The notes under the pieces: generated by a model
The model's database searches: none
What the model was told of the DNA's origin: nothing
What the model saw: only the letters and a program-made list of their open reading frames with translations
Made by a program: the position numbers and the translations under genes
Part shown: piece after piece, positions 1-7,623 of the stretch
Position numbering within the stretch: position 1 is the stretch's first letter
How the letters are laid out: every line of letters starts with the position of its first letter
DNA from: Candidatus Brocadia sp.
Lineage (GTDB): Bacteria; Planctomycetota; Brocadiia; Brocadiales; Brocadiaceae
Reading direction: 5' to 3'
DNA: 32,000 nt
Assembly: GCA_021650915.1 (NCBI GenBank)
Contig: CP091279.1
Span: forward strand, 3,150,001 to 3,182,000

Positions 1-297
1 GAAGGTGTGATCCAACAGTCCATGGTGCTCTGTCTTGCCACTATCCTGCAACCTGACAATATCAATCTTTCCTTACCTCTGCAAAAAGATGCTTCAGGAG
101 ATCATACCTTCCAGGGTGCCAAGAAGCAAATTGTTGTGCAGTTCGAACGAGGCTATTTGGTCGACCTTCTGGCAAAGCAGCAGGGAAATATCACGAAAGC
201 TGCAAAAGTTGCGGGGTTAGACCGCAGGGCATTCCAACGTCTGATTAAAAAATATGGCATTGAACGGAATACATTCTCGGTTAAGAATGTACCATAG
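1..297 (+). CDS. Sigma-54-dependent transcriptional activator (NtrC/EBP family), C-terminal fragment; 5' end lies outside the window
   Basis: Frame 1 is open from base 1. The C-terminus FERGYLVDLLAKQQGNITKAAKVAGLDRRAFQRLIKKYGI is the Fis-type HTH that ends bacterial enhancer-binding proteins. Stop TAG at 295-297. Confidence 0.75.
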   Translation, partial: EGVIQQSMVLCLATILQPDNINLSLPLQKDASGDHTFQGAKKQIVVQFERGYLVDLLAKQQGNITKAAKVAGLDRRAFQRLIKKYGIERNTFSVKNVP

Positions 298-319
298 GGC
301 AGCACGGCCGCAGCCAAAT

Positions 320-357
320 CTCTCCTGCTAAATGGGGAGAAAACAGGTGAGTTTTTT
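320..357 (+). terminator. Rho-independent terminator candidate after the activator gene
   Basis: CTCTCCTG (320-327) pairs with CAGGTGAG (344-351): 7 bp plus one T.T mismatch, 16-nt loop. TTTTTT follows directly (352-357). Confidence 0.5.
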
Positions 358-461
358 GAACAATTCCAACCAGGACAGTATTGGTCGTACAGGTAGTATC
401 TTTTGAAATAATTTGGACATTTTTAGCAAACTAACAAATGGAATTAATCCTGTCAGTATCA

Positions 462-524
462 GCGCACGAATTTTGCGCTTCGGACTTTGTCTGTGTCGAA
501 TCAACCGCACGGGGTGCGAATTTT
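462..524. promoter_or_regulatory. Possible upstream activator sites (UAS) for the sigma-54 promoter
   Basis: GCGCA-N7-TGCGC at 462-478 and CGCAC-GGG-GTGCG at 506-518. Each is followed by CGAATTTT (467-474 and 517-524, exactly 50 bp apart). They sit 140-200 bp upstream of the -24/-12 element. Confidence 0.3.
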
Positions 525-564
525 AGACCGCAGGTCTTATCTGTTTGTTATTAAAGGAGTTATT

Positions 565-577
565 TAAAAAATTGATT
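565..577 (-). promoter_or_regulatory. IHF-consensus-like site between UAS and sigma-54 promoter
   Basis: Plus-strand TAAAAAATTGATT is the reverse complement of WATCAANNNNTTR. It lies in an AT-rich tract about 90 bp upstream of the -24 element. This is a single consensus match only. Confidence 0.25.
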
Positions 578-665
578 TGTCACAGTGCGGCAAAAATGTT
601 ACCTATCGTTGGATTCATTATCTAAGAAACAAGGTAAATTAAGGGTTGAGGGCATATTTCTTCTT

Positions 666-681
666 TGGCATCACCATTGCT
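666..681 (+). promoter_or_regulatory. Sigma-54 (-24/-12) promoter
   Basis: TGGCAT-CACCA-TTGCT. GG (667-668) and GC (679-680) have the exact consensus spacing of TGGCAC-N5-TTGCW. The site is intergenic, 57 bp upstream of ATG 738 and downstream of a sigma-54 activator gene. Confidence 0.7.
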
Positions 682-737
682 ATTTAAAGAAATCAAAAAT
701 ATTTGAAAGGTTTTTGTGAAAGAAAAGGAACTATGCT

Positions 738-1001
738 ATGGTGCTCGATCTTATACAGTACATATTCAAACATCGGAATGCAAAAGATACTTTTGATGGT
801 ATTATTCAATGGTGGATTTCAAGTGAGCCACGGTTTAAGTGGAAAAAAGAAGAGGTTCAGGCAACCATTGATTTTCTGGTTTCTAAAGGATGGTTAAAAA
901 TTCGATACATCCAGTCACCTCCTCAAAGGATTTATGCCGTCAATAAAGAACGGATTGAAGAAATGGAGGCGTTTTTGGAAAAGTACGAGGGTTTGGAATA
1001 A
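738..1001 (+). CDS. Hypothetical small protein (87 aa), family unknown; possible small winged-helix-like fold
   Basis: ATG at 738 with GAAAAGGA 8 nt upstream. Bracketed by the sigma-54 promoter and a downstream stem-loop. No motif I can assign; the C-terminal pattern is ATIDFLVSKGWLKIRY..RIYAV. Confidence 0.6.
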   Translation: MVLDLIQYIFKHRNAKDTFDGIIQWWISSEPRFKWKKEEVQATIDFLVSKGWLKIRYIQSPPQRIYAVNKERIEEMEAFLEKYEGLE

Positions 1002-1004
1002 AGA

Positions 1005-1076
1005 AGGCGCATCCTCATGTCACTTAGGGATTGTAAAGGGTCAGTAAACAACACCTAGGTTTTTTCAGATGCGCCT
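1005..1076 (+). terminator. Nested stem-loop / terminator candidate after the 87-aa ORF
   Basis: Outer 9-bp GC-rich stem AGGCGCATC (1005-1013) with GATGCGCCT (1068-1076). Inner stem CTTAGG (1023-1028) with CCTAGG (1054-1059, one G.U), followed by TTTTTT (1060-1065). Confidence 0.4.
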
Positions 1077-1149
1077 AAACCTTCATTTTTCCATTATAAT
1101 TGATATTTCTACAAAATGCAAATTTCTACAACAATTTAATTTTTCGTAT

Positions 1150-1280
1150 CAATTTAGCTTTTTGAAAAACTGCCAAAAAATGTCGAAATATCGCTTAAAA
1201 AGGGCCAAAAATCGCCCTAATAATGCAATTTTTTAACAAAATATGGTATAAAATTGAGAGTTTTTCAAAAAGCTAAACTG
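1150..1280. repeat. 22-bp inverted repeat (1 mismatch) enclosing 87 bp
   Basis: CAATTTAGCTTTTTGAAAAACT (1150-1171) against the reverse complement of AGTTTTTCAAAAAGCTAAACTG (1259-1280): 21 of 22 match. Each arm carries TTTTT(G/C)AAAAA, and a third copy TTTTTCAAAAG lies at 1287-1297. Confidence 0.85.
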
Positions 1281-1614
1281 TTACAATTTTTCAAAAGATT
1301 AATGGTTCAAAATCGCTTCCTGTTTGTATGTCATCAAAGGAACTATGTTGAACGACAGAGAAAATAGCCCGGTAACCATAACAGTTCTTTTCGGTACATC
1401 TCAGACATCCTTAATTATGCATCCCCCTCCCCGTCTTTTTTCATCATGCTCAATAAGCCATGCCATGAATGATGGCGTTTGAAAATCTGGTGTCTTTCCC
1501 TGTACAAACTGTTTTCAACACGTCCTTATTTCACACGCTACCACGCGCTCCATCCTTTTTGAAATGTTATATCGTCATATTTAAATTTTACCAATTTCTC
1601 TTTCAATTTTTTTG

Positions 1615-1623
1615 TGGTATTAT
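1615..1623 (+). promoter_or_regulatory. Extended -10 promoter candidate for the glycosyltransferase cluster
   Basis: TGgTATTAT, 40 bp upstream of ATG 1663. No good -35 element. Confidence 0.3.
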
Positions 1624-1662
1624 AGTAAAATTTATCTTTGGAAATACCTCTAGCGCTGTACG

Positions 1663-2817
1663 ATGAAGATTGCATTCGTGGTGTATCAATTTATCAGGGA
1701 AAAGGGGGGGGTGGAGAGTTATGTGTGGAACGCATCCAAACAACTTCTTGATCGTGGCCATGAAGTTCATATTTTTGCGCATCGATCCTGCCCGGATCCG
1801 GACAAGAGATTAATCTTTCATCGTATTCCGGCCATTACTTTCTGGTCTCCATTAAAATACTGGACATTTGCCGTAAATGCTCCTAAGATTATTAAAAATT
1901 CTGCAATAGCATTCGATCTTATTCATGGATTCACCCAGACATTGTCTCAGGATATTTATCGTGTCGGCGGTGGATGCCATTGGGACTATATGATGCATAC
2001 CTATCCCTTGATGCAATCAAGGCTGGGTAAGATATTCATGTGTATGAATCCGAGACATTTTTCCCTCTTGCTTTTAGAGAAGATTATTTTCAAGAAGAAA
2101 TGTTATAAACAAATTACCTGCATCTCAGAACAATGCAAGGGTGAATTAATACGGCATTACCAGCTATCTCCTGATGATATTGAGGTTATTTATAATGGCG
2201 TAGACGTCAAGGTATTTACCCCACACAACAGACCGATATACCGTGACAGGATACGGGCTCAATATGCAATTACACCGGACGAAGTGCTCGTGTTGTTCGT
2301 CGGTTCCGGATTTAAGAGGAAGGGACTGAGGCATGTTATCAATGCGTTATCTTTGTTTGGTGCTTCTCAAAAAATAAAATTGCTCGTCGTGGGAAGAGGA
2401 AACGTTCGGGAATACCAGAGATTTGCCAAAAAAAAAGGCGTGCTTGACAAACTGGTCTTCGCCGGCGTTTGCAAGCATATCCATGAAATATATGCAGCGG
2501 GAGATATTTTTATTTTTCCCAGTGAGTATGATGCCTTTGGCACAGCTTGCCTTGAGGCAATGGCATCAGGACTTCCTGTTATTGTTAGCAGCGCAAGTGG
2601 CGTATCAGAGATTGTTACGCATGGAGAAGACGGTTTTACCGTTCGCCATCCCATTGATGCAGAGGAAATAGCAAAATATTTGCGGGCGCTTTTAAACAAA
2701 GAAGCGAGAGAGCATATGGGTTTCCTTGCAAGGCTAAAGGCAGAAAGGTATTCCTTTCAGGCAAATATTGAAAAAACACTTCAGGTTTACCGGAAGGTAT
2801 CGAATATCCACTCCTGA
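1663..2817 (+). CDS. Glycosyltransferase family 4 (WaaG/RfaG-like, GT-B fold)
   Basis: N-terminus MKIAFVVYQF..KGGVESYV and C-terminal EX7E-type region FPSEYDAFGTACLEAMASGLPVIVSSASGVSEIVTHGEDGF. Confidence 0.85.
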   Translation: MKIAFVVYQFIREKGGVESYVWNASKQLLDRGHEVHIFAHRSCPDPDKRLIFHRIPAITFWSPLKYWTFAVNAPKIIKNSAIAFDLIHGFTQTLSQDIYRVGGGCHWDYMMHTYPLMQSRLGKIFMCMNPRHFSLLLLEKIIFKKKCYKQITCISEQCKGELIRHYQLSPDDIEVIYNGVDVKVFTPHNRPIYRDRIRAQYAITPDEVLVLFVGSGFKRKGLRHVINALSLFGASQKIKLLVVGRGNVREYQRFAKKKGVLDKLVFAGVCKHIHEIYAAGDIFIFPSEYDAFGTACLEAMASGLPVIVSSASGVSEIVTHGEDGFTVRHPIDAEEIAKYLRALLNKEAREHMGFLARLKAERYSFQANIEKTLQVYRKVSNIHS

Positions 2818-2822
2818 TTCCT

Positions 2823-4466
2823 ATGGTCTTTAACAGTTATATCAGAAATGATATTCGATGGAAGGTAACCAGCATATCGTCAGATGTATTCAGCGAGATA
2901 TCCGATGCTATGCACAAAAATAATGCGTGTGAGGTTATACGCAGCGGATATTATAAGAAAGTATTGCGATACCGATGTCGTGGCGAGTTTTTTTACGTAA
3001 AGCAATACACGACAAAGAATTTTCCGGAAGGTGTTAAATCGTTGTTTTCATTATCAAAGGCATACAGGGAGTGGACTCATAGCCATTGGTTGCAAAAAAA
3101 CCATGTGCTTACCGCAGAGCCGGTTGCCGTGGGAGAAAAGAGACGTTTTGGAATACTGAAGGATTGTTATATCATTTCAAAGAATATACCAAACAGTACA
3201 ACGGTAAAGGCATTCTTAAGTACTATTCTGCAATCATCCACAGCGGCATTACAAAAGAAAATGTTTCTGAACGATCTTATTTCTTATATTAAAAAAGTAC
3301 ATGATCTTGGGATTTTTCACGGAGAACTCCACGCTGAAAATGTACTCGTAGATACCAGAAATCCTGCATCCTTTTATTTGTTAGACGTCGGACGTGCTTT
3401 ATTTAAGAAGCCCCCTCCCTTGTCTTTCAGGATGAATGAGTTATCGAGATTCCTCTATTCTATTATGGATACCTGCACCACGGAGGAACTAACAGGGTTG
3501 ATCCATACGTATACAAATCATTTGTTATCTCCCAAAAATGGAGAAATTTTCTGCAAGACCGTTTTGAAGAAAATTTACAAGACCAAAAAGAGATTCTGGC
3601 AGAGCAGAACGAGGAAATGTTTAAAGACGAACAACGTCTTCACGGTTACTACCTATGCCGGTTATAAGGTAAATATGCGGAATGAATGGGACGTTAGCGT
3701 CCTGGCTGCCTTGATTGACAGACATCTGATTTCCTTTAAAGAACGGCCCGAGATGGTGGTAAAATCATCCGCAAAGACAAGCATTACGCGTATTCCCGCA
3801 TCTCACGAAGGCGTCAAAAGTGTGTGTATCAAAGAATACCGGTATCCATCCGCCTTGAAGAGATTTTTCTATTCCATCCGGAGTTCTCCCGCACGCAGGG
3901 CATGGCTCGCCGCACATGGTTTGATAGCGGCGAACTTTCTTACTCCCAAACCCATTGCATTATTTGAGGAAAAACGATTTGCAAGGATTAAGAAAAGCTT
4001 TATCGTTATGGAAGATATTTCCCCTTGTCTTCCGTGCAACCAATATGTCAGTGAACGGTTTCGTGATCCTTATAACAAAACTATGCCGGAAAAGAAAAAA
4101 AGGTTTATTTCCCGGTTAGCAAGGTCATTCAGGCATCTGCACGACTCCGGCACCTATCATCGTGATTTAAAGGCGAACAATATCATGATGATGGAAGTGC
4201 CGGATACCTGGAATTTATTTTATCTGGATCTGGATCGAGTCTCCTTTCAAAAAAAAATAACCATCAGAAAAAAGGTAAAAAATTTAGCGCAACTCAATGC
4301 ATCAATTCCTCATTGTATCACGTACACCGACAGATTGCGATTTTACAAGGCATATGCAGGCATTCAGGATTTTGCTACGGCAGACAAGCACATATTACGA
4401 GCAATTATCCGACTAAGCATACGGCGAAAACATGTATGGAACCCGAACATATCCGTTTCAAAGTGA
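2823..4466 (+). CDS. Tandem lipopolysaccharide-kinase (Kdo/WaaP-family) protein: degenerate N-terminal domain plus canonical C-terminal domain
   Basis: Domain 1: FYVK60QY, HDLGIFHGE168LHAEN, LLD188VGR. Domain 2: VCIK337EY, HDSGTYHRD448LKANN, LDLD471R. Starts 5 nt after the GT4 stop. Confidence 0.8.
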   Translation: MVFNSYIRNDIRWKVTSISSDVFSEISDAMHKNNACEVIRSGYYKKVLRYRCRGEFFYVKQYTTKNFPEGVKSLFSLSKAYREWTHSHWLQKNHVLTAEPVAVGEKRRFGILKDCYIISKNIPNSTTVKAFLSTILQSSTAALQKKMFLNDLISYIKKVHDLGIFHGELHAENVLVDTRNPASFYLLDVGRALFKKPPPLSFRMNELSRFLYSIMDTCTTEELTGLIHTYTNHLLSPKNGEIFCKTVLKKIYKTKKRFWQSRTRKCLKTNNVFTVTTYAGYKVNMRNEWDVSVLAALIDRHLISFKERPEMVVKSSAKTSITRIPASHEGVKSVCIKEYRYPSALKRFFYSIRSSPARRAWLAAHGLIAANFLTPKPIALFEEKRFARIKKSFIVMEDISPCLPCNQYVSERFRDPYNKTMPEKKKRFISRLARSFRHLHDSGTYHRDLKANNIMMMEVPDTWNLFYLDLDRVSFQKKITIRKKVKNLAQLNASIPHCITYTDRLRFYKAYAGIQDFATADKHILRAIIRLSIRRKHVWNPNISVSK

Positions 4467-4537
4467 TACGTTTTTACGGCAGAGAGATATTCCCAAATGA
4501 GACAGATCAATAAGGTTCTTTGTTTCAACCAATAAAA

Positions 4538-5533
4538 ATGGAAAAGGTCTATTTTCTTATACAAGAATGGAACCACCCTGCAAGCAGATACCGGGTATTA
4601 CAATATGTTCCTTATCTCAAAGAATCGCACATTGATGCCAAAGTCTCACTCTTTCCGGATTCTTTCTGCCAGTGGATGAAACTTTTTGCAGAACTCAAAG
4701 ATTACCAGGTGCTCTTCGTTCAAAAGAAACGGCTCTGGCGCTGGCAGCTCTGGTATCTTACCAGAAAACATATCAGGATTATCTACGACTTCGATGATGC
4801 CGTAATGTTTAAAAGCCCTGTGGATGGCGGCGGCAGGTCCTTTAAGAGACAGAGGACGTTTGCAAGAATGGTACGGTACAGTGATCAGGTTATCGCCGGA
4901 AATCAGTACCTGAAAGCACAGGCATTACCGTATAATAACAATGTCGTTGTTATACCGACAGCAATTGGCACAAGCCGCTATACCATGAAGGATTACCGGA
5001 GAGATAAAAAAAATATTACCCTTGGATGGATAGGAAGCAAGTCTTCGCTCCCGTTCTTAGAGGAATTAACCCCGGCCTTTGATCAATTGGCAAGCAAGGA
5101 TAAGTCTCTGGAGTTAAAAATTATCTGTAACGATTTTTTCGAGTGCAGGACAATGCCCGTTATCAAAAAAATGTGGGCACTGGAGGATGAGAATGCTGAT
5201 CTGCAGGACGTTGACATAGGCCTTGCACCTTTACCAAATCATGAGTGGACGAAAGGCAAATGCGCAACAAAGTTGCTGCAGTATCTCTCTGTGGGAATTC
5301 CCGTTGTCTGTTCCCCTGTGGGCGTGCATAACGAAATTATCCAGGAAGGGGTAAATGGCCTTTTTGCTGCCTCCGCGCAAGAATGGGTCGAAAAGATCGG
5401 TCTTCTTATAAAGGACAAGCTCCTTCGGGAACGTATCGGACTGGAAGGGATGAAAACGGTAGAATCTTCCTATTCCTTAAAAGCAAACCTACCAAAAGTT
5501 ATCAATATCATAAAAGAACGTTATCATACATGA
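4538..5533 (+). CDS. Glycosyltransferase (GT-B fold, group 1-like)
   Basis: ITLGWIGSKSSLPFL...KLLQYLSVGIPVVCSPVGVHNEIIQEGVNGLF. ATG 4538 is preferred over the in-frame TTG 4520 used by the ORF track. Confidence 0.7.
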   Translation: MEKVYFLIQEWNHPASRYRVLQYVPYLKESHIDAKVSLFPDSFCQWMKLFAELKDYQVLFVQKKRLWRWQLWYLTRKHIRIIYDFDDAVMFKSPVDGGGRSFKRQRTFARMVRYSDQVIAGNQYLKAQALPYNNNVVVIPTAIGTSRYTMKDYRRDKKNITLGWIGSKSSLPFLEELTPAFDQLASKDKSLELKIICNDFFECRTMPVIKKMWALEDENADLQDVDIGLAPLPNHEWTKGKCATKLLQYLSVGIPVVCSPVGVHNEIIQEGVNGLFAASAQEWVEKIGLLIKDKLLRERIGLEGMKTVESSYSLKANLPKVINIIKERYHT

Positions 5534-6615
5534 AGATACTTTATATATACTCAGATTATAAATGGACAGGGCCATCTCAACCCATCGTTGAATTGTGCAA
5601 TTTTATGAGTGAAAAAGCAGGAGTTTGTTTACTTATGAGCACACCGAAGCGCCCTGAAAACAGGTTTGTTGCCCAAGTCAGGACCGACAGAATTCATCTT
5701 ATGCAGGGACTGCAAAAGCGTGACGGTATTGGTTCGCTCATAAAAAACAGAAGGTTAATCCTGCAGAGTATCCGTCAGGTTAAACCTGATGTAATTCATT
5801 TCTTTCGCGAACGGGACCTGGCTACCCTTCCCGGGAATTCTAAAAATTTTGTGAAGGTATTTTCAAGCCTTAAGAGCGCTTATCCCGGGAGATTGAAAAG
5901 AATCCTTTGGAATACCGCAAATATAATAACGGTTTTTCAGAAAAAACTCCATGATGAATTACTCCGGAACTCGGGCAAGGTTGTCTATATAAAACCGTGG
6001 TTAGATCTGCAGCAGATACCGGCACACCATCAAAATGTTCGGCCTGCATTTGGATTACACGCAGAAGATTTTGTCGTAGGCCTTGTCATGCGCGTTCAAC
6101 CATACAGAAGATTTGATCTGATTATTGAAACCGCAAAACTGGTAAAGGAATCGAAGAAAAGAATCAAGTTTTTACTGTTTGGGAAAGGGCCGTATCTTCA
6201 GAAACTTGTCATGGATCCTCTAAAAAAATATGGGCTTGAAGCGGTGATAATCCCCGGTGGATACCGAAAAGATGATTACTGGGATGCTCTTTATTCTTTT
6301 GATATCATGTTGTATACGGTAGCAGGTTCTGACGGAACTGCGCGCGCTCTCAGGCAATGTCAGGCTATAGGAAAACCGATCGTCTGTTTACACGATGATT
6401 TCATGCAGGAAATTGTTCATGACGGGGTAAACGGTTTTGTTGTTCGTCATGATCCGGCGGAAATAATGAAAAAAATTGATGCCTTGTATTCAGAGAGAAA
6501 TATGCTCATCGATTTTTCGAAAAGATCGGAGCATCAGGGAAAGACTTACGATCTTAACAAAATCGGGCAAGAAATATATGCACTCTACGAGAGCACATTG
6601 AGACGAAAAATATGA
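5530..6615 (+). CDS. Glycosyltransferase family 1/4
   Basis: The ATG at 5530 overlaps the upstream stop as ATGA (5530-5533). N-terminus MKILYIYSDY; C-terminal GSDGTARALRQCQAIGKPIVCLHDDFMQEIVHDGVNGFVV. The track's 5383 start lies inside the previous gene. Confidence 0.75.
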   Translation: MKILYIYSDYKWTGPSQPIVELCNFMSEKAGVCLLMSTPKRPENRFVAQVRTDRIHLMQGLQKRDGIGSLIKNRRLILQSIRQVKPDVIHFFRERDLATLPGNSKNFVKVFSSLKSAYPGRLKRILWNTANIITVFQKKLHDELLRNSGKVVYIKPWLDLQQIPAHHQNVRPAFGLHAEDFVVGLVMRVQPYRRFDLIIETAKLVKESKKRIKFLLFGKGPYLQKLVMDPLKKYGLEAVIIPGGYRKDDYWDALYSFDIMLYTVAGSDGTARALRQCQAIGKPIVCLHDDFMQEIVHDGVNGFVVRHDPAEIMKKIDALYSERNMLIDFSKRSEHQGKTYDLNKIGQEIYALYESTLRRKI

Positions 6616-6654
6616 AATCTTTCACCGGAAATCAGCGCGTCTCAAAATAGCGCC

Positions 6655-7542
6655 ATGAATGACAAGAATTCCCTAGTTAGTGTAATCGTACCTACCTATA
6701 ACAGCGCCCGTTTCTTGCCGGAATCCGTGGGATCAATCTTGGCGCAGACGTACCACCCGTACGAGATTATTGTAGTCGATGATGGATCAACAGATAACAC
6801 CAAAGAAGTTTTGCGTCCGTTTATGCAACGGATAAAGTGCATTCATTTAGAACAAAATAAAGGATCTCCCACGGCCAGAAATATCGGTATCCAAGCAGCT
6901 CGGGGCGCTTACATAGCCTTTATTGATGGAGACGACCTTTGGTTTCCAGAAAAATTACAGACCGATATCGGGCATTTCTCTCAGCACCCCGATATCAGCA
7001 TGGTATACTCAAAGCATCTCAATATCGATGAAAAGGGGGTGGTCTCCGATGACGCCGTGAAGAAGCGGTTACCATCGGGCAAAATATTTATCCAGCTCTT
7101 TTCTGAACAAAATTTTATCCTTACCTCATCCGTAGTGGTGCGAAAGGAAGTGTTTGAAACGACGGGTTTATTCGATGAACAGCTGTTTAATTGCCAGGAC
7201 TGGGATATGTGGTTGCGGATCGCCTTCTCTTTTCAGGTTGCGGGAATTAATAAACCCCTGGTGAAATACCGGCACAATCCTGGTTCTTTGAGCAAGAACC
7301 GGGAGAATGTCTTGAAATATCAAAAACAGGTTATTGATAAAACCTATACGGCATTCAAGGACACAACGTGCGGAATAAGTGAAAAACTTTACCAAAAGCG
7401 GCTTGCTTCACATCATGCGAAGGCCGGACGGTATTATGCACGAACAGGGAAGAAACGTCTGGCGCACGAAAATTTCCGTCTTTCTTTGAAACATGATCCA
7501 CTCAATCTCAGAACGCTGAGATATTATTTTCAATGCTGGTGA
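6655..7542 (+). CDS. Glycosyltransferase family 2
   Basis: VSVIVPTYNSARFLPESVGSILAQTY..IIVVDDGSTDNT and FIDGDD (DXD) motifs. Confidence 0.85.
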   Translation: MNDKNSLVSVIVPTYNSARFLPESVGSILAQTYHPYEIIVVDDGSTDNTKEVLRPFMQRIKCIHLEQNKGSPTARNIGIQAARGAYIAFIDGDDLWFPEKLQTDIGHFSQHPDISMVYSKHLNIDEKGVVSDDAVKKRLPSGKIFIQLFSEQNFILTSSVVVRKEVFETTGLFDEQLFNCQDWDMWLRIAFSFQVAGINKPLVKYRHNPGSLSKNRENVLKYQKQVIDKTYTAFKDTTCGISEKLYQKRLASHHAKAGRYYARTGKKRLAHENFRLSLKHDPLNLRTLRYYFQCW

Positions 7543-7623
7543 TTTTTCACAACACGGAGCTTTGCGGCATTTACTTACTCTTCAAATTTTCCATTTTCTG
7601 CATTTACTGCAGGAAAAGAAATT

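Noticed and set aside
328-510. 60-aa minus-strand ORF, and plus-strand ORFs at 35-220 and 703-897, near the sigma-54 region
   Set aside because: They overlap the activator gene or the 87-aa ORF in other frames, or cover the UAS-like palindromes. They show no RBS and no motif.
1469-1666. 65-aa plus-strand ORF just upstream of the GT4 gene
   Set aside because: The sequence is F/L/I-rich and low-complexity, produced by AT-rich DNA. It overlaps the predicted promoter of the GT4 gene and has no RBS.
5383-5529. Upstream extensions of track ORFs: 5383 for the GT1/4 gene, 8510 for the GT2 gene, 29485 for phoU, 30505 for mdh, 4520 for the GT-B gene and 16174 for aprB-like
   Set aside because: The extensions overlap the preceding gene or add non-homologous leaders. 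Internal starts (5530, 8762, 29623, 30553, 4538, 16180) give canonical family N-termini and, where present, well-spaced RBSs or ATGA coupling.
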